Assembly: GCA_030295235.1 (NCBI GenBank)
Contig: AP026151.1
Coordinates: forward strand, 806,001-870,000
Direction: 5' to 3'
DNA: 64,000 nt
Source: Fistulifera solaris
Taxonomy: Eukaryota
Positions within the stretch are counted from its first letter, which is position 1, and every line of letters begins with the position of its first letter. Both the position numbers and the translations under genes were made by a program. The notes beneath the pieces are model-generated. The model saw only the letters and a program-made list of their open reading frames with translations, was not told where the DNA came from and did no database searches. Positions 25,434 through 36,411 of the stretch are shown here, piece after piece.

Positions 25434-26316
25434 ACGCAAAACTATCTTTCAGTAACTTCAAACACTAAAATAGCCGTTACTGACATCACCTGCCTTTACC
25501 ATCAATGATCGTAGACTGCTTTGCAAAGAGTTGCGTGTAATTGGGTCAAGTTGATAGATGGCGTCATGCGAAATGGACCTGATTCTCGTTGGCATCTGGA
25601 TTAGACATGTGACTCCCTCTAAAATTCTGTGGCAGTGAAGTGACTTCCAAGGCAAGCTCTCGGTCTGGATTGGATTTCGCGGATGGATTTTGTGGAGCTC
25701 TTACTGTTTGATTCATACGAGGTGTCGCAGTGGAAAATCAAGTTCCCTTAAACGCGGTAGAGATCTTTACAAAGTTCATAGGATCTTCGTGACCATCAAC
25801 AGTGGTACCGCAAAGTAACTAATAAGATCCCTTTTCTGCTTGATTTTTATGAAATAGTTAAGAGTTGCAAAGTAGTTGCCTAATGGAGGTCAACGACAGC
25901 TTCCGGGACTGCAATTTGTATAAGTCATGTAACGTAGAACCTACATCTTATTCTATAGTAGATTTTGTTCTGATGAAAGGAAAGAAAAGGTTAAACTTTG
26001 TTGAGATGAACATTGTCACCACCGACATCAGCACCAATGCCTTGATCGTAACGAGGTATCCAACCATGTGGAAAGCCATGAAAAATTGAAGAAGGGCAGA
26101 CTATTAGGTTGGCAAAGTTAAGAACAGGTAACGGGACTGCCATTAATTTAAGTCACGTGATGTAAAACCAACATTTTATTCCATAGTAAGTTTTTGTAGT
26201 CAAACACACGGAAGCCCAAACCCATAACGAACGCGACGACGCGACGTCGGAGATGGGAGCATTAATGTTCTCGTTGTTATGCACATCTTATAAATGACTT
26301 GTTCTCTCAATGAAAC

Positions 26317-27075
26317 ATGGAAAATAAAAAGGAAAAAGTTGTTTTGAATGAAATGGGCTGGCTCGACGCATCTCAGCTGAAAAAATTAGAAGAATGGCCC
26401 CCGGAGGAAATTCTGGCCGCTGCCTTGACCGACGAAACATCGACACAGCATTTACAACAAGGCGCCCGTAATGCATTGTTAGGGAAATACGGATACGAAA
26501 GCTGGGATTTTCTGATAGCACGCACCCGTGACAAGAAAAACGAGACATCCGATGAACTGATCGAGTTGTTGACGACAGGAAAAAGCAATCAGCGCCAGTT
26601 ACAATGGACTTTAATGGATTGCGCACCAGGCTGTCAATTCCGATTGCATGCTCATCCCAATATTGAGCTCGTCTACTGCCTAGAAGGTGCTCTACACGAG
26701 ATTCGGATGGAAGGTTTGCCATTCACTACAAGCTTCGATTCGGATGGAAGTGGAGAAGGGGTACTGATCGGACCGTCTGTCACGCAGCTGCAACGACCGT
26801 GGACGTTTGGCACGTTACAACAAGGAACATGGCTGGTCAACGAAGTTGGAAGTATACATAAATCATTCACGGCATCCAACTGCGGCTGCAAATTACTCGT
26901 TTTGTGGGGCGGGTCACACGCCAACATTCCCGAGGAACCATCCATGATCTCCGAAGCAGTTCGCTCCATGGACGAAAAAGTCTGCGCTTGCCACGCGGGG
27001 GGAAAGTATCACGGAAACATTTCTTCCCGCGTCGGAAAGAAACGAGTCCGGGGGAGTGAAGAGAAAATTGAATGA
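26317..27075 (+). CDS. Cupin-domain protein (ChrR-like); C-terminus uncertain
   Basis: PGCQFRLHAHPNIELVYCLEG and GTWLVNEVGSIH cupin motifs; G-run near 27000 may shift the true stop. Confidence 0.7.
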   Translation: MENKKEKVVLNEMGWLDASQLKKLEEWPPEEILAAALTDETSTQHLQQGARNALLGKYGYESWDFLIARTRDKKNETSDELIELLTTGKSNQRQLQWTLMDCAPGCQFRLHAHPNIELVYCLEGALHEIRMEGLPFTTSFDSDGSGEGVLIGPSVTQLQRPWTFGTLQQGTWLVNEVGSIHKSFTASNCGCKLLVLWGGSHANIPEEPSMISEAVRSMDEKVCACHAGGKYHGNISSRVGKKRVRGSEEKIE

Positions 27076-27700
27076 AGGAGGCGAAGAAAGCGTCCCCGAG
27101 TGATAACCGAGATACGACTTCAGTTACAAAGGGCGACCTTCGCGATCGGAGGTTTTCCATGCGCCTTGCGAAATGCGGATTGCTGCCAAGGATTCGGCGT
27201 GTTACGTTGCAAGGCAGGATGCTGTTCTTCCTCATAAATGAAGGAAATAGGAAAACCTGGCCAGCTCATTTGCTCGTAAGTCGTAATGATTTCATAGAAC
27301 GTAGAAGGTGTCTTGTTACTTAGAAACGGTACTGAATCAAGGTAAAAATGTACGAATAAGATCAAATAGAAGTACAGTGACTATAGGGATGATGATGCAT
27401 ATCAGTCCTAAATCTGAAAGGATAGTTTTGTTCTCTTTTGTAAAGTTCAGAACCCCAATAAAGTTACGTGATTGATTCATGCCATTCATGCAGTAATCGA
27501 CCGCAGTATTGTGATGCATAGATAGAATTCGTACGCTATTGACGTTGTTTGCTTTAAATCCTTGCGCTTGGCCACGCACCAGTCATGTGTCAAGTGCAGC
27601 ACAACAAAAACAAGTTCCGCTTTCGTTATTGATCAAACAACCCTTCTTCTCAATCATCTTTCTTCGAACGAATAAAAAAGGAAGTAAAAGACTCCACAAA

Positions 27701-28835
27701 ATGTCAAAGAGAAAGCTCGTTCCGGAAGAGGAAAAGCAATCGGTAAATAAAGCGAGAACTTCCCTCGTTTCAACTCCAGCGGACGGAGTAGGGCCCAATC
27801 AAATTTTGAGCCGACCGGCTGAAAACGAGGTTGGCTTGAGTTTCATGAATAACGAAAGAGGTTAGTCATGTTGTTTGAACCACTTGCTTGTTTGTGTTCT
27901 TTCTCATGCTCAAACTACGCAATCTAGACAACCGAAGATTACGAGAAGACGAAGATGACATGAATAGTTTGAATCGCTTTATCGATAATTTTATACAATC
28001 GCACGACGCCGCCCCACCGATTGTGGAAACAGGTAATCCCTACTGGTTAATACACGACACAAACGTACCGCCTTCTTTGCTTGCATCGACGAGAAATAAT
28101 ATTCCTTCACTCTTAGGAAATGTACCGTTTGCGTCCCTCCACGGGCAAATAGGCCCGGCCCAGCAACAAGCGGAATTGCACCATAATCTTCAGTATACAG
28201 CACAACTGAATGCTCTTTATTCAGGGGTTTCATTTCCTCCCCCAGCGTCGGTGCTTCCGCCGGTCTTGATGCCTTCGGCGGCGACAACAGCAGCGCCCCT
28301 GTATACACCGTCTCGTGCTATTACGCTCTCATCGCATAGCACCGCTTCGAATACGAGTCGATCGGTATCAACGTTTACGACAGCCAACGTTTACTTACCG
28401 CGCGATGAAGAGTCACTGTCACCGTACCAGTGTCTACTACGACAACAATTGGAATTCTTTGAATCCACGAACGAAGATGCTTCGGTAGTGCAAGGACGCA
28501 ACAAGCCCGTTTCGCTTTACCAAGTCGGTCTCCGGTGTCGACATTGTGCACGGGTCAATGTCGTGCAGCGAACCGCCGGCGCCACATACTATCCGACGCG
28601 ACTCGATTCCATCTACCAGTCGGGGCAAAATGTAGCGAAACACCATTTTGATGTTCAAGGCTGTCCGACGATTCCACGCGAGATTCAACAAGTGATGACG
28701 GCATTAGCACACGAAGTACGAGGACGGAAAGGAAAGTCGTCCAAGGGTGGTGGTAAATTGTATTGGGCTGAGACAGCGAGAGAAGTAGGTGTTGTGGAGA
28801 CTAGTAATGGGTTAATATTTGCGAGTCGACGATGA
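27701..28835 (+). CDS. Uncharacterised protein with the same Cys/His domain, paralog 2
   Basis: LSPYQCLLRQQLEFF, GRNKPV, VGLRCRHC, YQSGQN..KHH, CPTIP, YWAETA; intron ~27861-27928. Confidence 0.8.
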
Positions 28836-29363
28836 CTCTATAAATGTGCGGTGATGCGCATCGAAAGACGCTAGTTAAAGAGAGATGGATGCAGAGCGCA
28901 GACACTCCTGTCGTTAATAGTCGAATATGTTTTGCATAGTTTGTGCTTGAACTAGGAGCTTGCATTCAAGTTTGATTTCTCTCTCTAGCTCGATGAACCA
29001 AAGGTTCGGCCTTTTCAGGTTTGTGGGCTTCGCAATTCGAAATACTCTTTTCATCATAGTACATCTTGGAGTGTCTTGTATTCGGAAAATTATGAAAAAC
29101 CGCTTCTGGCCTCTAATAAGGAAAAGAGCCTAAAACCGGAAGTAGACACTACCTTTAGATGAATACTGCGAAACGAGTATTGTGTTCACAGTAGTCTGGA
29201 CGCTGCTCGATGCGATGACCTTTGCCGTGTTTGTTCGGTCGTCGCGCTCAAATGCAATATTTTTTCGAACATCTTCTTGCATCTTTATTGCATCGCATAC
29301 AATAACATACCAGATACCTTCGCATCATTAAACATCACTATTAATCGCACCTATTATTGAGAA

Positions 29364-29767
29364 ATGCCAGTCAAACACGTTGAAAACATGGACGGATACA
29401 AATCTCTGATGGAGATTTCGAAAACAAAATTGGTGGTCATTGATTTCAGCGCAGAGTGGTGCGTGTCTGTTTGAGTGGGCTTTCTTTTCGTTTCCTAATT
29501 AATAATCCCTCAATGTTCCCCGCCTCTTCTCTCCCAAAAGGTGCGGACCTTGCAAATACATCGGCCCGATTTTCGAAAAACTGTCCGATGAAATCGACAC
29601 GGTCGTATTTGCGAAAGTCGATGTCGACGAAGCCGACGATGTGGCGGGTCTCTGTGGGATCAGTGCGATGCCCACCTTTCAATTCTTCCGCAATGGACAA
29701 AAAGTGGATGAAGTGATGGGTGCGAATGTGGATGCCTTGAATAAAAAAAATTGCGCAGCACAAATGA
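29364..29767 (+). CDS. Thioredoxin (cytosolic h-type-like)
   Basis: VVIDFSAEW|CGPC with the active site split by an intron ~29459-29540; KVDVDE and AMPTFQFF; A-run frameshift near the end; missed by the ORF track. Confidence 0.92.
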
Positions 29768-30089
29768 AGGCCGAGGCTGTGTATGCTCGTCATTCGTTCT
29801 CGTTCGATTGCATGACGTTTGTAAAAGTTCCAACTTAGCGAAATTACAGACTTTTATGAGTGAAAACTAAATTTATGTGATAAATTTTTGTGCTTGCTTT
29901 GTTGTCCGGCTGTGATCGAGGCGCTTGGCCTTGTTATGCTATTTGGATATACTACTTCACTTCTGTTTGTCTCTCGTTAATAGCTTATTATTTATTAACA
30001 CTGTTGTCTTAAAATCGAAAATCTCGCATCATCGAAGCGTTATACGGTCTACGAGTCGACAAATGAAGTTTTGGGTCATATAAAAATTC

Positions 30090-30790
30090 TATGGGTCGCA
30101 TCTTCCAGAAATTCTGGACCTATTTTTTGTTCTAACAGAAAATCTGCGCAACGTCCAAATATTCTAGAGAAAGCGTGTTGTCGATTGTCGATAAGACTGA
30201 CATTCTGTTGAAGTTCCAGATAATCGGGAACGCGATTTTTGGTCTTCGAGAAAATGCGTGAACATTCCAGAGATTCTGGAAATAGTGGTTTGAGGCGCAC
30301 AAAAAGTCTGTGGATCGTCCAGAAATAATAATTTTGGACCTATTTTTGATCCTACAGAGAATCTTCGGGCTCTCCAGATATTCTAGAAAGCGTGTTCTCG
30401 ATCGGACTGATAATCTTTGGCAGTTCCAGATATTCTGGAACGCAGTTTTGGGTTCTCGAGAACATGCGTTAGCATTCCAGATATTCTGGAAACAGTGGTT
30501 GGAGCTTACAGAAAGTCTGTGGATCGTCCAGAAATAATAATTTTGGACCTATTTTTTCGTTCCAACAGAAAATCTGCGCGAAGACTTCCAGATATTCATT
30601 CTGGAAAGCGTGTTCTCGATAAGCCCGACATTTTGTGGCAGTTCCAAATTTTTCTGAAACGCAATTTTTGGTCCATGAGAAAATGCGTGAGCATTCCAGA
30701 TATTCAGGAAAAAGTGGTTTGGAGCTTACAGAAAATCTGCTAAAGAAGTTCCAGATACTTGTATTCTAGAACAAAGATTGATGTTCTCGA
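30090..30790. repeat. Degenerate tandem array, about 3 units of ~215 bp, rich in TTCCAGATATTCTGGAA
   Basis: AAAGTCTGTGGATCGTCCAGAAATAATAATTTTGGACCTATTTTT recurs at ~30303 and ~30512; many palindromic subrepeats. Confidence 0.85.
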
Positions 30791-30808
30791 AAAAATGCGT
30801 CCTTTGTA

Positions 30809-31286
30809 TTGTTCGGTTCATGACTCATGACTACTGCACAATCGAGTCTTGGCTGGCGTAAACAAACACATCGTTTCATAGTGGAAATTCAACGTGTCGA
30901 TCCTCGGTTTATCGTCGTAAAAAAAAAGAAATTCCTTAACAAGTAATTCAAAATCATCATTGTTGCCACTTTTAATACCCATATTTGTAATTTTATGCGC
31001 CGTTGAATGACAGTGGACAGATGCGAGAGACGCAAACGAAACCCTTTGTTGTTCGGTTCATGACTCATGACAACTGCACAATCGAGTCTTGGCTGGCGTA
31101 AACCAACACATCGTTTTATAGTGGAAATTCAACGTGTCGATCCTCGGTTTATCGTCGTGAAAAAAAAGAAATTCCTTAACAAGTAATTCAAAATCATCAT
31201 TGTTGCCACTTTTAATACCCATATTTATAATTTTATGCGCCGTTGAATGACAATGGACAGATGCGAGAGACGCGAACGGAACCCTA
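30809..31286. repeat. Near-perfect 240-bp tandem duplication
   Basis: TTGTTCGGTTCATGACTCATGA... at 30809 and 31049 with few substitutions. Confidence 0.95.
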
Positions 31287-32412
31287 TTGGCGTCAGCGAC
31301 AATCTACAGGAAATACGCGCGCTTCTTTTTGGACCAAATTATTTTGGATCCTTTACCGGTCCGATCACATTTTATTTCAAAAAGTTTATCACTTCGCCTT
31401 TCGTCTTCGACATTAAACTTTTGGAGGCAGAATGCAGTGACCTTACGGTCTGTCGTCGTCGGTACCTTGATTATCCGAACGGTTCTCATATTATGAGAAC
31501 GGATCTCATTCTATTCGATTCCATATTCATTACATCTCATCTCACAATATTCATTATCTATTAATATCCATCATTACCATGATATCCTCTATTATTCCTC
31601 TAATCTCCTTGTGAGTCATGTCATTAAGCCTAAGGGCTTGGTTAAACGTACAAAGCAACTGACAAAAATGCTCGTTCTACGTGTTCCAAATTGGTACTAT
31701 AGTAAAAACTCTTCACTTCAAAAAAATTCCACCGCGATAACATCGCGACGACGATGGCCAAAATAAATGAAGTGCTTATTTCTTACGCTATGCTTGTTCA
31801 ATTTTGGCCAAACCAAGACCATAGGTTAATACAATAATCAAGAAGACAATGCGCAAGTTTGTCCAAGAATTGAGCGTTGCCGGTCGAGATATCAGCTTTT
31901 GAGTCGTTTTGTCGTGTTATTTCTCCGTGGCGTCAATGAAGTTTCATGTTTGCGCCTCCAAACTCGCATTATTGGCGGCGTTTAAAGCACCAATCTATTC
32001 CTCGGAGTAGAATAAGCATTATCATGTAAAAATAATCATTATTGGACTTTACTTCGATGGCAAATGTCCAACATGGTACGACGCGCATCCATCGCGTCGT
32101 TTCACGTTGTTTATCCGCGTGGAGTTTTTATGCATCGCAATTACTATAGGTGTTAACGTACAACCACGCAATTATAGCGGAGTTTGCCTCTCCGCGAAAT
32201 CAGCTCTTACAGAAAATCTGCTCTTCTGCCAGATATTCTGGAAAGGGTATTTTCAAAAAGAGAAGCGACGACGCGCACACGGCGGACGACGAGGGTCCGA
32301 GTGTGTGGTACTGGTACCAGTATCATTTTTTATTGCACTTCACCGCTTTTACCAGTACCTTACCACTTTTTTCGTATTGTCTTCTTCTTTCGAATATCTC
32401 TTTACTTCTATT

Positions 32413-33138
32413 ATGCATCCTTCTTTTTCTCTTTCTCGATATATCGCATTGCTCTTTCTGTGCCTACAATTTCGACTACCCGCAATACACGCACAATCTC
32501 AGGCGAATCCGCTGACCTGGCACGGCGGAGCCATTTTGGCCATGAGCGGTCGCAACTGCGTCGTCCTTGCCGTCGATCATCGCTTCGGACAAGGGCCTGT
32601 TTTAATACAAACCCGCCCTCGTCCCGTACTAACGATTTCGAATCATTGTCTGCTGGCTTGTACAGGTTTGTCGGGACACGTGCAAGCCTTGCATCACATC
32701 CTTCTTGCGCAATTGTCGAAACGCATTACTGTATCGACTACGAAATCAAAGACAGTGACACCCAATGCGGTGATATCTTTATTAAGTCATTTATTGTATC
32801 AACAATACACTTCTTCGGGTCAACCTTTCGCGGTGGAACCGATTGTTGTGGCCTTAAATCCGCACACCCAAGAACCCGTCTTGTGCAGCATGGACAGCAT
32901 AGGTGCTCTGTCCCGGGCCACGCACGTCGTGGCCGCGGGTCCTTCATCCACACTGTTGGGTGTGGCGGAAGATTTGTGGCGGCCGCAATTGGAACCGCAA
33001 GAGTTGGTGCAAGTGGTGGCCCGGGCATTCGTCAGTGCCCTCGAACGGGATTGTTTGTCGGGATATGGTGCGACCATCTATTTAATGACACCCTCCGACG
33101 GAATTGTCGAATATCCGGTTCGTATGCGGAGTGATTGA
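32413..33138 (+). CDS. Divergent 20S proteasome beta-3 subunit with signal peptide (probable periplastid copy)
   Basis: HGGAILAMSGRNCVVLAVDHRFG, VEPIVVAL, SMDSIGA, ALERDCLSGYGA and terminal RSD; hydrophobic N-terminal extension. Confidence 0.85.
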   Translation: MHPSFSLSRYIALLFLCLQFRLPAIHAQSQANPLTWHGGAILAMSGRNCVVLAVDHRFGQGPVLIQTRPRPVLTISNHCLLACTGLSGHVQALHHILLAQLSKRITVSTTKSKTVTPNAVISLLSHLLYQQYTSSGQPFAVEPIVVALNPHTQEPVLCSMDSIGALSRATHVVAAGPSSTLLGVAEDLWRPQLEPQELVQVVARAFVSALERDCLSGYGATIYLMTPSDGIVEYPVRMRSD

Positions 33139-33703
33139 AACAAGCAGAGTTGTAATGAAATTGGACGTTGAGGAGAGTCCGATGCATTCATCAGGGACGA
33201 TATCACCGTTGATTGGGCTGTTGTGTTGTTTTGGCATCATTCACGCCCATTATCTTACTCGGAACGAGATTCATAGCAAGAGTTCCCGGAAATCATAAGT
33301 GACGATGAAAAAATGACGGTGTTGGTCCAAACTTAGGCAGTGTGATACATGTTGGGGACATCAGCAAATGAAATAGAGAAGGTATGCGGAAAGATAAAAG
33401 CCTTATTCACCGAACGACTTATTGCGCGATCATTTATTTGGGTCTAACTCGGAGATTCGATTCGTAAGACATCGTCTTCTTGTGTTTCAAGTCGATCATT
33501 TTCGTCCAACGATGGTTCGCTCGATGTGACTATAGCTTTTAAGTGTATATTACTTTTTTTCATGACTGGATTGTAGGTCAGTCGTGTTTGCAACATAAAA
33601 AAACTCGCATTTTTTATCGCATTTCAAGTCTTATTATTATCATGTTCCTTCCTTTCTTTTCGTTCGTCCTTTAATCAAAACACTTCGTAGCAATCAAAAA
33701 AAG

Positions 33704-34807
33704 ATGAATGAAACGTGGCTGGATTGGTCGGATCAACAACGCCGCATCTTGACGGCCAATGGAAAGGCTGAATACTATTATTGCGCCGCACGCGGATTTC
33801 CCTTTCACAAACAAGAATTGCCGCATACGTTTTTCGGAAAGCATTCGTCCGATGAATTTCAGAAACTGTTGGCGAAATTGAGACAACAATCGTGTCCTAT
33901 TATCGGGGTATGGAATCGTCCTCTATTTGTGGGAGAATGGGAGCATTCGACGGATGATTTAGTGTATAATATTCAAACGAATGCGTGGTTCATTGACTTA
34001 CGGATCCCTTTGTGGCGTCTTGGTGCGGTATTTGCGTCTTCCTATCAAGACCTGACGGGCACCGAATTGCGGCTCTTGGCACGACAGCATGTCTTTGGTG
34101 GTCTCACCGTCTGTCATACCGACAAGGAACATGCTCCCTCTTTTCCACACGGCTTCTGTGGCTACGCCACACGGTATCATACAATGGATTGGAACTATCT
34201 GGGAAATCGTCGGAATCGTCCCAATCGATGGTGGATCGAACCAATGCCCCGAAATGACCGGACGTGGAAGGAATATTCCTATGCGAAAAATGATGCCGGA
34301 CAGTACTATTATTGGGAACGATGGGAATCGGCTGTGGAAGAACCACCGACTGCTGAGAAAGCTAAGAATGCACCGATAGTATTGGCGTTGCAACGCTGTG
34401 GCCCGTATCATGGATTGATTGTGGTGGTGGGAGATCATTTCAATTATTGCTTTCACAACGTGACAGATGATACTTTGCAAGAATGGTGTCAACAAAGTAC
34501 AACATCTCCGCAACATATTATTGATGATGCCGTCGGACGGGGTGGTTACGAAGAAGCCCGTCGTGTCTTGTCGCGCATGAATGGTGGACACGGACGGATT
34601 CAACCAAAGAATGCAGTACAAACAGAATGGAGAATCGATGTATCGACGGAGCCATGGAAACACGGTACGTTGCTTTGGGAGGATGTGCAATTGGTGGGTG
34701 ATCCGCATGACACTGCTACTTGGCGCATTCATGGCAATGGTGAGGAGTGGAAGGTTGTGGAATGCAATTTGACGTGCATGGAAGAATTGGAAAGTTGGTT
34801 GCCCTAA
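33704..34807 (+). CDS. Hypothetical protein, weak resemblance to HRI1-like proteins
   Basis: Intronless 367-aa ORF; FIDLRIP and YYWERWE. Confidence 0.6.
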   Translation: MNETWLDWSDQQRRILTANGKAEYYYCAARGFPFHKQELPHTFFGKHSSDEFQKLLAKLRQQSCPIIGVWNRPLFVGEWEHSTDDLVYNIQTNAWFIDLRIPLWRLGAVFASSYQDLTGTELRLLARQHVFGGLTVCHTDKEHAPSFPHGFCGYATRYHTMDWNYLGNRRNRPNRWWIEPMPRNDRTWKEYSYAKNDAGQYYYWERWESAVEEPPTAEKAKNAPIVLALQRCGPYHGLIVVVGDHFNYCFHNVTDDTLQEWCQQSTTSPQHIIDDAVGRGGYEEARRVLSRMNGGHGRIQPKNAVQTEWRIDVSTEPWKHGTLLWEDVQLVGDPHDTATWRIHGNGEEWKVVECNLTCMEELESWLP

Positions 34808-35138
34808 AAATCGTACAACCCATCGCGAGTCACTTGTAAACTATCCACGTCGACAACAGCTTTAGTTTCAAACTAGTGTATACTATAAATGTTGCTTCTA
34901 TTAACAAGGTTTACCTCTTTTATGAAACACAAAAAGTCAATTATGGAAGAGTCAGCGAAGCGTTTAGTTGTCGCACAACACATCCGCTCCATACAAATCA
35001 TCCACTGCATAACTACTAACTTCACTAATTACTCGAATATACTTTATAGTTACTGCAAATTTTTGTTCTATTTGCCTTATATTGTCTTGCGCCTTATTCT
35101 TCATTCTCTCTTTCATCCCATTATTTCTCCTCCCTTAT

Positions 35139-35869
35139 TTAATGAGCACCCGCAAAGGCCTCCGGATCCGGAATGTGCAACATCTTAAAGAACAAACCCA
35201 AATCCTTGATATAATACGTATTGTCGTCATTGTGAATGGTAAACCAGTACACGGCATGCGAGACCGGATCGACGTAACCCACTTGACGCTGTTCGCGTCG
35301 ACTGGGCACGAGAATGGGCGACGCAAAAGTCCCACTGCCTTCCGGTGGGACCAAACCCAAATTGTTGTACCCATCCAAATGTTTGTCTTCCATTTCTTCC
35401 AAATCGCCCATACTTTCAATGCCCATTTGTTTCATTTCTTTTTGAGATCGTCCGGAATGAAATCGGGCAAGGGTTTCATGTTTTCTTGGAGTTTGCGATC
35501 TTGATCTGTCGCAATCAAGTTATCGGGTTCTCCCAACTCAAAGACTTTGTTCAATCCGAAGGGCAGTTTCTCGTTGTCTTTGGACGTGGCCAAGCCGCGG
35601 AGTAGTGTTGTTGTCGTTGCAGTAGTAGTACGGGGCGCCAGAGTGGCGGCGATGCTGTCGAAAGTAAGAAAGAGACGAAATGAGCGAGAGAGAATGAGAA
35701 AGAAAATGAGAAAAAACATTATGAGAAAAGAGAATATTGTAAAAGGCAGTAAGACGAATGAAACGAGCTCGAAAAAGAGCAATAATAGCAAGATGCGAAG
35801 AATCGCAAGATGCAATCTGCGAACTTTTATCAACTTCAAAACGTACCGACGTGCTGTAACGGCCAACAT
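35139..35869 (-). CDS. COX5B: Cytochrome c oxidase subunit 5b-like
   Basis: Mitochondrial presequence MLAVTARR plus intron ~35654-35846; GTFASPILVPS...RQVG..VYWF; frameshift at the A-run near 35440. Confidence 0.7.
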
Positions 35870-36411
35870 GATTCAATTGAATTCAGTTTCTTTTTAATTA
35901 TTTCAAAGAAAAACAATTAGATTCACAGGAACGGCAACAAGATCGTTTTAATAAAGACTCGGATGGACTCGACCTGCCAATTCAATTGCAACAATCGGCG
36001 CAACGTGCGACGGACAAAAAGAGGTCTTTTTTTTGTTGCGCGTTGCGCGTCGACGCACCAACGCGAACACTTTCCAACTATACTTTCGAAGTGTACTGCT
36101 GACGTCAGGCCACTTCAGGTCTGTACGTCCGTCGATAGAAAGATCGCTATTTCCATCGGTACTCACTGCAGTATGGCACATTGAGTAATATTGTCCGTTG
36201 CAGTTACAATAGACTGAGGGCCTACGACAAACTTCCTAGATTCCATTTAATGAACAACAAGAGTGACCGTTTTCAAATTCGAATGGTGCGGCAAGGCTGG
36301 CGCTCGCAGGTTTTTTTCCTTGCAATAACACAACAACATCACCCAATAACAAGTACGGTAGTTGCTTCAAATCAATCAACAACCTACTTGTATCCACCTA
36401 AATCGTTTACC

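Noticed and set aside
32184..33134. 316-aa alternative-frame ORF over proteasome beta-3
   Set aside because: No ATG start or motifs; the overlapping frame has clear homology
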